Assembly (NCBI GenBank): GCA_040954595.2
Contig: CM082586.2
Span: 9,455,337-9,519,336, forward strand
Length of the DNA: 64,000 bases
Source of the DNA: Balanoglossus misakiensis
Taxonomy: Eukaryota > Animalia > Hemichordata
Direction: 5' to 3'
Position numbers and translations under genes: made by a program. Each line of letters begins with the position of its first letter. Position 1 is the first letter of the stretch. The notes under the pieces were generated by a model. It did not search any database. It was not told the DNA's origin and saw nothing but the letters and a program-made list of their open reading frames with translations. Shown here piece after piece: positions 14,201-25,935 of the stretch.

Positions 14201-17200
14201 CATTGCTACTTTGGCACTCTTGACAGTCAAGTGCTGTGTGTAGGATTTGCCTTGATAAAGACAGTTTTTGCCAACTAGTTGCAGAAAAATGCTGTAGAAA
14301 TACTGACATTTTTCCTGGAATTCAACCATTGAACTGAAGCACTTAGTGTTTTCTCAAATCGTGGCAGTTTAAATTTAAACTGGTAACTTGCATATTTCTG
14401 CTGTTAGCCATGATATCCTGATATTTGGCATACCTTTGTCCAATGGATATGTTGTAAACAGGCATAAATCTTGATGTATTTTCAGCCTTTTCCTGAGTAG
14501 ACTTTTCGGAATTAGAAAGCTCTTTTGTTGCTCTTGCAGCTATGGCCATAAAATAACCACAAAATGCCATGATGACATGCCAACTGAACAAGTGCATACC
14601 TCCAAATAACAGCTGAAGGGATCATCTGCTGCAATTTGAATATGGCGCCAATTTTACATGAACGAAGGAAAAGTTGAACTTTGACCTTTCAAGACGCACT
14701 ATTTTTGATGGGGTAAAATGAAAACCATGTACTCACCAGATTGAAGTTGAAATAAAGGTTTATTTCCCTCATATAATGTTGTCATGGCTTGTTAAATAAG
14801 TGAATGAGTGACAGTAATTACTACTTGTGGCTAAAAATCATCCCAAACTGATTGGGAATTATGTATGTTCACGATTTTCTGAACTGTAGCGACACTAAAA
14901 TGATCTTGAACGCGGGCGGGCGCTAATGGTAGCGTCCATGTCAGTTGCTAGGATACGCGTATACGATCAGCTGATTTTACCCACAATGCATCACGCCAAC
15001 TAAGGCATTACGTAATGGCACCCCTGGACGAGCGTCCCAGGGTAAGGATAATTTACGAGGCGGAAAATACGAAAAATCCACCGCTAAACAGCTTTATTTT
15101 CTGACACCTCTGGTCGTAATCGAAGGTTAACATGTTCGCCCATTTCAAGATTACGATACTGTGTTTGATAACGAAGTTAATGATTCAGCATAACCCTATA
15201 AATGTTGGAATTTTGGCTGCCGGTCAATGGGTAGTCGATAATCTACATCGTCAAAATATTATGGCAGCGAAATACACTACAGTATGAGTCCTATCAGAGA
15301 AAGCTGACGGGTCATAAGGTGAAACTAAAAAATAATAATGGGATTGTGAGCATCTAGTGGTGGATTTTTGGCCTTCTTTTAAGAATATCATTTTCGACCC
15401 CCAAAATGCCACTATTTGTCACATGATAATAGTTTTGGAGGTTTTCTCGGAAATGTCTCATTTTATTTGCTTGTCTTGAACATGAATTACATCAACTGAT
15501 TGGCTGGTGTGGTTACAATTGTTTATTATGCTCCATTAACGTATTCAGTCTGTCGATAGAGGGCGCCCACGCCTTAACGTACACGAGAATGGCGTTCCAC
15601 CGGAAGTATCACCATGGTTGCCTACTTACTTCACAATTTCATTTTTATAGATCGATCGCCAAAAATTGAGATTATCCGAATTATTTTATACGTAATCATA
15701 ATTTACGCGTACAAGTGTCGTTTGTTGTTCCGAACGTATGTTCCACACGTATGCCACGTCACGTGACAAGGACGTTAGCCAATCACATGGAGCAACATCT
15801 GCATGATACTATCGAATCAGAGCGCGAGCTCAAACGGATTAGGAGAGACATCTTGACCGCGTCTCTGAAAAGCCAAAGGTCATTGTTTAAATGATAAAAA
15901 GTATTTAGCAAAGTTCACATCAAAATAGAGGAAAAATATGCACCTATCTATTATGTTGTTGATTGATTCATTCCAAGGTGTACATTAAGAACTGTCCCTC
16001 ATTTGACTTAATAATCCAAATTACACAAACAATAAACGCATAAATTTTATTGTTATTAATGAAAATACTGGTAGAGTTGATAAGCTGAATACTGGACATT
16101 TAAGCATATCTCAATTTGCAAATATAGAACTGGAAGTGAACATAGTATCAATACCCAAACAACATGAAAATCACGCACCCTTTTTTAAAACTCTAGACCA
16201 AGGTAAAATAATTGCCTGAACATTTTTCATCAGATCCCTTCTATATTTCCAAACACTTCTTGAACACAAATCCAAAATCCAATGGTCACATAATCTAATC
16301 CAAACACACCCTTCAAATAAATCTATGTAACAATTGTGGAATTGGAAAATGTGGAATTGAAAGTCTCTAGAGTTGCCACTTTTTAGCATTAATTTCCAAC
16401 TTAAATTAGTCCATCTAAAAAAGCTTACTTAGGTATACATGAACACCTTATCGATGCCCGATTATGACTGCATGTTGCAATTTGAACACTTTTGTATTAA
16501 AACGGTGCCGCACCTATTTCATCAGCCTCCATACAAACAGTACGCAACTATCGTGGTTTGCGTCGCCAAAAGATGACAAACTGATGCAAATGCAAGTAAT
16601 ATGGCTTAAGTTGAGGATTTAGAGGATAGGGAATATATTTGAAGTATTTTATTGTTGAAAAATGTGAAATTTGGCAGCTATACAGGCTTTAATAGACAGG
16701 CATTGAAATGACTTTACAAACAAATTTTTCTTGAATGTTTAAGACAGACAGAATCAACCCACAGTCAGCCTCAAATATATAAACTATTACAAAATGTTAA
16801 TTAAATGGAAAATTTTGAAAAAATTTGCTTGGCCACTCATTTGATTGCATTTTTTCCATTTCATATTTTAGGCATGGTATATCAATATAATTTGTTGTGT
16901 TGTGTATATATTATGCTTGAAAACCAATTGACGGAAATATTAATTTAGAATAATGGTTATATTTTGAGAAATCACAAAGATTTCTACATCACTCCCACAT
17001 CATTGGTTGCTTAGCAACAGACATTCACCCTCCAAGCAAATTAATATCCTTTGAGAAGTATCATGTGGAGAGGATCATGCAGTCACATAATCTTTGATTT
17101 GTACCATCCACCATTTCATTGTAGGCTTTATCATAAAGGTGTTGTTTGGATTTCTGGCAGTTTGTAAGGTGATATGAGAAATCCTTTCTGGCAAAAGACA

Positions 17201-17892
17201 ACAACGTGTACTGCAAATTAATAGCTGGAATCATGATGATGATGATGATGATAATAAATATTATTTTTTTAAAAACAATATTTTGAAAATAACTGTAAAA
17301 GAGATCGCCCACCGTCTCTCTCATATACAGGAGTGACGTCGTAAAGACACACAGCTCTGCCCAGCATAGCTCTGGACTTATACGCTGTTTGGGTCAACGC
17401 TGCTCTCCCTCCCCACAGCTATGGAGCCATCCATAGGAAAATCCGTTGGGTGCGGAGCAAAATGATACGCACCGATTTTCAAACAATAAACTACATGAAC
17501 ATGTACATAATGTTGTCAGAAATAAAGATCGAACGAAAATTTCACAAATGGGAACCTACTTGACGTGTTTGTCGCCGAATCGTAAACGTCGTTAATGCAG
17601 CGCCGTAAAACTGGTGACCCTCCCATACAAACATGGACGTTCGCCTTCATTTAAGTCATGTGATCAACACGTGACACGTGTTTTACTATGCCAAGCAGAG
17701 CTACATGGTGCCTGCAATCTGCATGTGGCTAAAACGGCACATATTCTAAGTTGTGCGTTTAATGTATCAGTAGAACAATACCTTCATTTTGCAGCTGTGT
17801 TGTTTTCATGTTCGCGGAAAACTTCTTTGCCACCATCGGTTTAAAACTATGAAAGCCAGTTGGGGACATGTACATACGCAATAAATAAAAAA

Positions 17893-18281
17893 TTATCTCG
17901 AGATCTCGAGATAATTCCATTCGTTTTCCTGACTTTTTATTTTTTTATCTCGAGATCTCGAGATAATTCAAGTTCGTTTTCCTGACTTTTTATTTTTATA
18001 TCTCGAGATCTCGAGATAATTCCATTCGTTTTCCCGACTTTTTATTTTTTTATCTCGAGATCTCGAGATAATTCAAGTTCGTTTTCCTGACTTTTTATTT
18101 TTTTATCTCGAGATCTCGAGATAATGCTATTCGTTTTCCCGACTTTTTATTTTTTTATCTCGAGATCTCGAGATAATTCAAGTTCGTTTTCCTGACTTTT
18201 TATTTTTTTATCTCGAGATCTCGAGATAATGCTATTCGTTTTCCCGACTTTTTATTTTTTTATCTCGAGATCTCGAGATAA
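17893..18281. repeat. Left TIR tandem array: 8 units of ~52-53 bp, each with the 22-bp palindrome TTATCTCGAGATCTCGAGATAA
   Basis: Counted directly. Spacers alternate between TTCAAGTTCG and TTCCATTCG/TGCTATTCG variants. Confidence 0.95.
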
Positions 18282-18720
18282 TTCTCTCGAAAGAGGGCGG
18301 TGTGTTGGTAGGGAGACTGTCCAGAGAGGACCATGCATCGATATCGGTCCAGAGAGGGACATGCATCGATATCGGTACGGAGAATTGGCAAGCAAGCACT
18401 CAGTGTATTCAATGGTAGGAGTGATCGTCGGTTTCAGAGCTGCATGCTGCATCGTATCATCAGACTGAGTGCATGAGTCTTGGTAATTAGTTGACATTTC
18501 AACTTCGTAATATTTATAATTACTAGTTATACGTACTGGGACAAATTACCGAAGTCTTGGCCTGAGATTACTTTCCAAGTTGGCAAGAAAACTGACTCAG
18601 TGGTAAAGTTACTAAACAATTGGTTTCAATATTATACTTTATTCATTATCATTATACGATAATTCCTTTTATCTAATGCGACAATTAACATTCCTCCTCT
18701 ATCGAACAGATAACGTCACC

Positions 18721-20688
18721 ATGGAAAGAGATGATATAATCCGTATCTATTTCAACATGGGCTTCAACTACAGTGAAATCCTGGCTACTTTAGCTGTCAA
18801 TCATAACGTTGTCATTAGTATGCGTCATCTTAAAAGATTACTGAAGAAACTCGGACTTTTCAGACGGAAGTACCATTCAGACATCAATGAGGTAATAACA
18901 TTTCTGAGAGAAGAGGTTGACAAATCTGGAAGACTCCACGGCTATCGGTGGATGCATTTAAAGTGTGTCCAGAGAGGATTGGTTATCGACAGGGAGAGTG
19001 TGCGGTTGTTACTCCAGATCATTGACCCCATAGGTGTGGAATTAAGAAAGAGACGTCGTCTACGCCGTCGCCAGTATGGGTCTCCTGGGCCGAACTATAT
19101 GTGGCACCTAGATTCGTATGACAAACTTTCCCCTTACGGAATAGCAATCAATGGGTGTATAGACGGGTTTTCCAGGCGTGTAATTTGGGCTCAAGCTTAT
19201 CACACCAACAGTGATCCGAAGATTATAGCAGGGTACTTCATCAAAGAAGTTGAAAGTCTGAAATCTTGCCCCCAAAACATGCGAGCGGATAGAGGCACAG
19301 AAAATGGACATGTTGAACAGTTCCAGAAGTTTCTAACAAATGATGACAACTGCTTTTATTATGGCAGCAGTCAACTCAACCAACGCATAGAACGATGGTG
19401 GGGTACATTTTGCCAACACTGTGGACAGTTTTGGTTGGATCTTTTCTACAAACTAAAGGATGATGGAGTCTTCAGTGGTGATTATCTTGATAAAGATCTG
19501 GTCAGATTTTGCTTCCTGAAAATGATACAGGTAAGAAGAAGAATTTGGGACTTAAAAAATAATTGTCTTTCCTCAATCTGTTACACTATCACTTATACTG
19601 TATATACTTTAAATACTTATACAGAAAATATTGCTAGGATTGATATTATATAGTGAAAACGTACAATACAATAAAATATAAGAAGTCCCATGTATAAACT
19701 GACTAACAATAACCCTACGCTCTTCCAAATGGGAGGAGTATAAAAAAGAACGTTTTTATGTATTGAAAAGAAAGGACTGCTCACATATTTTGGTTTAAAC
19801 CTTCAAATACAAAGTAAAAAAGGCTTAAAATGTGCTGTACATGTGTTGATATGTATCATGATGAACAAAAATCACAACCTGCAATGCATTGTGTGTGTGA
19901 TTTAAGACTGTCCTTGTCTACTTATTCCAATTGTCCATTTTATGCACCTCTATCCTGCATGCATATGTTGGACAACATTTTAGACTTTCCACTCCTTCGA
20001 TAAATACCTTACTATTAATCTCGGATCGAATACTGTTGGTGTGTTAAGCCTCATCATAAATTACACGCCAGCTGGTAAACCCGTCTATACACCAATTGAT
20101 AATCTAATATATGTAAATTGTTATAATTATAATATTTGTAATTTTATTCCGTTTGTTTGGTTATATTTCACTACAATAAATTAATTTTAGGTGTACCTTC
20201 CCGTCTGAAGAGTTCATGTAGATGAGGTGTCACCATGTATGTATCTTTTAGATATCCTATAGTACCTAGGGACTATGTTTAACTGATGCATGTATTAAAC
20301 TGCTAACATTGAACTTCCTCATACATTTTGTGCCTGTCATTTTATAATTCAGGATGAACTGGATGATGCTGTAATGGAATGGAATTGTCACAGGATCAGT
20401 CGTTCACGTAACGCAGTCTCTCCCATCGGGCGACCTCACATGATGTTCTTTGTCCCGGAGATGTATGGAAGTCATGATTTCGGATCAACTGTTTCTCAGG
20501 AACAGATTAACACATGCTGAGAGGAATGTGTGTTCAAAGGAGCGTGCCCCTGTGATGAAGATTTATTCGTGTACTGTGTCTCATACATGGTCGACAACAA
20601 TATGCATTTACCTTCTGACCCATATTCTGCTGTGGAATTGTACGTGAATCTCCGAAATTCTATAAAATATGAATCCTTATCGGACTAG
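18721..20688 (+). CDS. IS3EU transposase (IS3/integrase-core DDE), 2 coding exons 18721-19530 and 20353-20688, with a premature TGA at 20518-20520 in the C-terminal tail
   Basis: N-terminal HTH-like region, then GPNYMWHLDSYDKL (D), MRADRGTEN (D) and NQRIERWW (E). The exon 1 donor is CAG|GTAAGA and the exon 2 acceptor is TTCAG|GAT, giving DELDDAVMEWNCHRISRSRN...GRP. The TGA looks like a CGA>TGA transition. Confidence 0.85.
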
Positions 20689-20888
20689 CAAGACCTTACT
20701 GTAAAAGGAAATTATTATACATCACCCAAACAACAACAACAATGTCACTTCCATGCAAGGAACTGGATGAATTAAAGCAAGATATTTGTCAACACAACAA
20801 AGTTTTATTAACTTTCAGAACATAATGACAATATTGTTCATCTTCAACACTGAAGTAATATGAAACTATGGCACAGACTTTGTGTTAA

Positions 20889-23800
20889 CACTGCATGAAA
20901 ACCCTATAATACAGACAAATTCACACAAATCAAGTTGCCAGTATTTTAGGCTAATACACGCTAATTCTTGTGAGTCCACATGAATATAGGCTTGCTGAAT
21001 ACAAGCAATGGATTTTTGTCTGTATTCATCAGTATAAGCACTATTCTAAATCCATGCATAATACTGAAAAATACAGATTGTACAAGTCTTTAATACATTC
21101 TGTATTAAGAATAGATGGACGATGTATTCACAAAGACCGGTTGGAAATGGTACTGCAAAATACAATCTGTATTCGCAGAGATTTGAGTTCTATTTGCATA
21201 TCATTACTAGAATGACCCGACCAGTGTGAAGGTCAACCTGATTCAGTCCACAGTCCCTCTTTGGCAGATCTAAAATAGTCCATTGATCCTTGTGATCGAA
21301 ACAAGCAACATACACAATACAATTTAATCCATCTATAATATCAGTAGGAAAAACCATGGATGCAATCTTTCCTTATACCTCCATGGAACAACGGAGTAAA
21401 CTTAGTTCTTGCCGAAGTGTTAAGACGATTTTAATAACAGTAAATTCAAAGCTTGCAAGTTACGTATATATGAAGGCTTTATACTGCCAGCACTTAATTG
21501 CGTCAATTTGGCCATGCACATAAAAAACCTTGTGCAGGAAAAGACTATACGCTGTAGCCTATTCGCCGGTCTGAAGCCGGCCGGCGACTGTAGCTGCTCA
21601 ATCATTGTTATTTCTTTAGCGCCTGTGCCTACAAGATTGCGAGGTAAAATTAGCGTGTCCGGCTTTGCCTAGCCTGCGCGGCTTCCCCACTGCGGAGGAC
21701 CAGCAGCCTAGTCACGCGGCGAGACGGACAGACCCTGTGATCTGATATAGAAAAAATGGGCAGTCCGGCGCACCACGTTACAAATCTCGAGCGCATGTGC
21801 CGTGGCCGGACTTTCTCGCCATTCTACATCTAACAATCCAAATATGATCGTTATATCTCAGAAATGTGCTGACTCTGAGCCATACGCTACAATAACCTGT
21901 GCGTTCAACAACAGTTACTAGAAAAGACGGTTGGGAAACTATCTGGCTGTCCATTGTAAGATGCTCGACTTGGTAAACACTGAGAGTACTTTTCTAGTTA
22001 ACACCTCCTTCACACCTTCCGAACAATATAGAGTTTCCCAACAGTCTTTTCTAGTAATGCAGTGTGAACCATGCATGGAGGTACGGAACGGAACGGAACA
22101 CAACACTGTTCAACAACACTGGTGATTCATTTTACTTTCTGTAAAAATGTTTGGCCTGGTGACACTTTCTCTGGGGAGCACGTGCAGGGCAACAAGAGAG
22201 AATTGATCTCGACAGTGGGGAATTCGATCGCCACTATAAGCTCTACCAAAACGAAGTTTCAGGACGTCTGTACCATTGTTACAATTAAGTGCCCCAGGCG
22301 TCTATATGAGTTATCTGGTGGGCCAATAAACTACCGATCAAGGTGAACAAAAGACAGTAATGTTTGTGAAAATGACACGACTGACCGCCAGTGAAATGAT
22401 TGACAGTCTATACCGTGTGCTGAAGATGCGGTTGACACCCACAGTCAGCGTTAATCAAGGCCGGATCGGCCACACATTTGTCAGACATCGTGCAGGTGCT
22501 CCCCGCACCTGGCCCGGTCATGTATAGCCCTGCGTACGGGTCTGTGTGTTACCGGCGTTACCATAGTGGTAGAGGCCGTGTAACGCCGGGAACACACAGA
22601 CCTGTACGCATAGCTATGCCGATGACTGCCCTTAGATCCCCGAAAGACTGCCTGATCGAGATATGCCCTGGAGACAGCAGGAGCAAAAAAGGGAGAAAGG
22701 GCCACAATGCGCTAATTCAAGCCAAATCCTAACAGATCAAACTTAATTTAAGCGCAATCACCCTAAAAATAATTTGACATCCATTTTGAGCTATTGGGGG
22801 CACTCCTGTGGGGGGGGGGGGGTCGCCTGATCTCAGCTTGCGTAGGTTTAAGAACACACCATTCAGTAAAAGGTGTGACACACTATATACAGACCACAAA
22901 GCTGCCAGCATTTTGCAAAGCAATACAAGTTTCGGCGTTTTTAAAAGAGTTACAAATTGATTATTTAGAGTAGCATAGGGGGACCTGTACAGCGCCACCA
23001 TAGGGTATATATCTCGAATTTGAAAGGTTAAAGTTCAGCAGTGCAGCCGAGCTGATTGAACTACAGTGACAACAGTGCGCAGCAGAGAGCAAGAACAGAG
23101 ATCCACTCCAGTCATATTTTTTATAGAGTTTATAGTACAGAAGATATGAGCTATCGATCAAGATCGCGAGTTGCTAGTCGATTAACAGCTGACCAAGTTG
23201 CACATGGCATTGTGCGGTCAACTCCAATTCGTCCGTCCAGATGTCCATGCAGCAGGTAATTACTATGTTTTAAATCGTTGACATTAATCTGCACATTCAT
23301 AAATCAGTCTGTTTGAACTGTAGCAGTAACTTCGAATCCAATGGCCGAAAGTGTGTTCTGTAGGCAATAAAAGCGTACTGCCTTTGCTTTTAGACATATG
23401 ATGAACATCACTTAGTCATTTGTGTGTTTTTGAAGGGAGTTGTTTGGTTAGCGGATGCATGATGGAAAATTGCCATGATTATGTTCAACTAACAAATGTA
23501 ATGAGAGTCACTCATTCTTCCATGCTACCCCAAAATACTCATTGTTCTGCAGGAAATGACACATGTGCTTGATAAACTAACTTTAACACATACACAAGGC
23601 ATAAACAAACTGCACACAATAAGCTTGCACACTTCATCACTATTGTTTGTGACATCTCTATTGTTCATGACACCTGGAGATAAGCATGTCTTTGTCATGT
23701 TTTGCATTGTAGTGAAGAGAACAATATAAAACTGGAGAATTAAAGCCTGTGTAAAGGTTGACATTCAAGAGGCATCTTTCAGCAGGCAGGTTCACCATAA

Positions 23801-25081
23801 TACGAAATGCCATTCAAAGAAAAATTTGACTTGATATGTTAGATTTTTAAAAAAATATTAATACAGTTCATTTTTTTTTATTTTCAGACATTAAAAAGGA
23901 GAGAAAGGGTCGTCAATGCAGATGAGAAAGAATTCTGGGCAAGGGTAAAGGCGAAACTAATGTCGGACGAGGAAGTTGGTGAATCAGAGGACATAGTCGT
24001 AGTCAAGTCGCCGGCCTGGAGAGCTGCACACCTTAATGAACTGATCAAACACTTGACAGGAGACTAGAGGAAAAGAGAATTTTAGGCAGACTAGTCAAAA
24101 AAAGGCAACGCTCAGCAACTCCATCATCCCGGTCCCGTCCAATCAATGTTTATTCAGAAAACTATGTTGAACCTCAGTAACATTTAAATTGACTAAAATT
24201 CCCTTTTCCTCTAGTCTCCTGCCGAAGCTTGAAATTGTCACCATTATTTCCAATCTCAGGATATCTTTTTATTCTTTATCTTACATTTCCTGCCATTTTT
24301 ATAATATTGTAATATGTAAAAACAGAAAAAAATTTGTGGAGTTAATCTCTTATTTAAGTTTGATTTTAACAGCTATCTTTTTTATTGTAATTTATTTATG
24401 AATAATAATAAAAAGTGAATAATGAAAAATTTACCCTCTTCATTATTTTTTATTGTTGGCATGAATGTACTAATATCATGAGAGGATGTGTGGATGGGAG
24501 ATGTCTTGTCTTGTGTCACAGCTTTGGTCAGTCTGTATTCCCATATGACCCATGATATATTTGAAGACGTTTATACAATACTGATAAAATTCAACCAGTT
24601 AATTTTTCTGCCTGTAGCCTGACATCAGGATTGATTGTGCTGAAAGATTTACTGGAATGCTATCAATTACATGGGGTAATTCTGCAAATAAACAGTATGC
24701 CCTATATGAAGAAAATCGCAGGATAAAGTTAATGAAGAAGCAAAGATCAAAAGTCATTAATTTGATGTAAAATCAGTCATGAATCAATATGGAACCCATT
24801 ACCTGCAATGAAAAAATCACACGAATTCATGTCTGTATTTTTCCTAAAGCACAGATGAATACAGACAAGTCCACATCTTTATTCTTTGAAAAATACTGAT
24901 GAATTCTTGCAGTGTATTAGCTGGTATACAGAATGGTGCTTATACTTGTCTATCCATTATGAATATATCTGTATTCACAGTGAATACTTTCTATATTAAC
25001 AATGGACTAGACTGTATTCAACTAAAATACAGGCGATTGTCCATGCTTATATTGTAAGTATTATTAGGTTTTCATGCAGTG
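20889..25081. mobile_element. Non-autonomous EnSpm/CACTA element (CACTG termini) nested between the two IS3EU genes
   Basis: CACTGCATGAAAACC...GGTTTTCATGCAGTG with a 3-bp TAA direct repeat on both sides (20886-20888, 25082-25084). Subterminal GAATACAG/CTGTATTC repeats and an inverted AGTATAAGCACYATTCT at both ends. Confidence 0.85.
23147..24180 (+). pseudogene. Remnant of an EnSpm accessory gene, C14orf93/DUF4616-like (exons approx 23147-23255 and 23889-24180)
   Basis: After a TTTTCAG acceptor it reads TLKRRERVVNADEKEFWARVKAKLMSDEEVGESEDIVVVKSPAWRAAHLNELIKHL, then a frameshift, then DRRL. The MSDEE...P.WR...L..L...LD pattern is typical of C14orf93-like domains. Confidence 0.6.
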
Positions 25082-25407
25082 TAATGTTAGATCTAATTCT
25101 GTAAAGTATAATACTGTCACCGCAAATAAAAGCTGAAATACAACAACTTTGTGGCTCAACTGTTTGCACCTTAAAACCACATGATGCCCAGGCTTGGTTG
25201 TAGATGTAAATATGTAAACAAACAAACAAACATGTTAATAAAGAAACTAAGTATACAGACGATAAGTGACAAGTAAAGCACTGATCTTCTTTGGTAGAGT
25301 GGAACAGAGACTACTCCTAGTTGTTTGTTTACATTATATCTACACCAATAACCAAGCCTGGTCATCCTGTGCTTTAACCATTATGTCACACACTGTGTCA
25401 CATAGTA

Positions 25408-25547
25408 ACTGAATAAGTAACTGAATAACTCCCCACAACAGGCTGAATAAGTAACTGAATAACTCCCCACAACAGGCTGAATAAGTAACTGAATAACTCC
25501 CCACAACAGGCTGAATAAGTAACTGAATAACTCCCCACAACAGGCTG
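25408..25547. repeat. 34-bp minisatellite, 4 copies (GAATAAGTAACTGAATAACTCCCCACAACAGGCT)
   Basis: Directly visible, downstream of the HECT stop codon. Confidence 0.9.
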
Positions 25548-25935
25548 CAATAACACATCAAGTATTTAGCTTCTCCATATATTAGATAATATGTGTAAAC
25601 ATTTAACGTAATCAATGATAAAACAATGTGTAGGAAATATGACAGTAAATGGCAACTGTATGAACATTTAAAGAAAACACTGAAAATAGTGCAAAGTTAC
25701 AGGCGCATCCCTTAATGAATCCACATAAATTCACCTCTTCCATGCAGCAAAGAGGTGACTTCTGACACGTCAGGTTCATCATTGACATAATCATTACTTT
25801 GCATACCAAGTGACTTTACACAAGTATTCCCTGTATTCTTTATATCAATGTAAGCCAAACACAACAATATTGTCCCTTTAATTCATGTAATAACTCACCA
25901 TTGCTGTTCTACCAATGGAAACAATATCAATGGTC

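Larger units (their letters stand above)
8605..14570 (-). pseudogene. Large intron-containing DDE transposase of the RAG1-core/Transib/CMC fold class, degenerate (exons approx 14570-11573, 10786-10585, 10203-9841, 9036-8605)
   Basis: Collinear motifs: WHDHS (D1), FHGDGPAQEFE..QKGGHYQCIC (D2 plus Cys pair), EPLHDLKG, GRYFHNITVHLP..SLRSTNAENQERVF (HxxxxH plus catalytic E region). Also a SAP-like LTVADLRRELDAR..GLKKPDLQSKL. GT-AG splice sites are canonical. Several stops and frameshifts. Confidence 0.7.

Noticed and set aside
8605-14570. A bona fide RAG1/ProtoRAG locus
   Set aside because: No RING/zinc-finger N-terminus, no kelch RAG2-like partner and no RSS-like CAC TIR pair were found. The similarity is limited to the spacing of catalytic and zinc motifs.
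17893-18281. CRISPR-like array of palindromic repeats with spacers
   Set aside because: The spacers are near-identical, not unique. The array is mirrored at 29863-30096 as part of a TIR, the context is eukaryotic, and no cas genes are present.
19531-19653. C-terminal 40 aa of the 325-aa ORF in the ORF track
   Set aside because: This is read-through into an intron. The conserved C-terminus continues in the exon starting at 20353.
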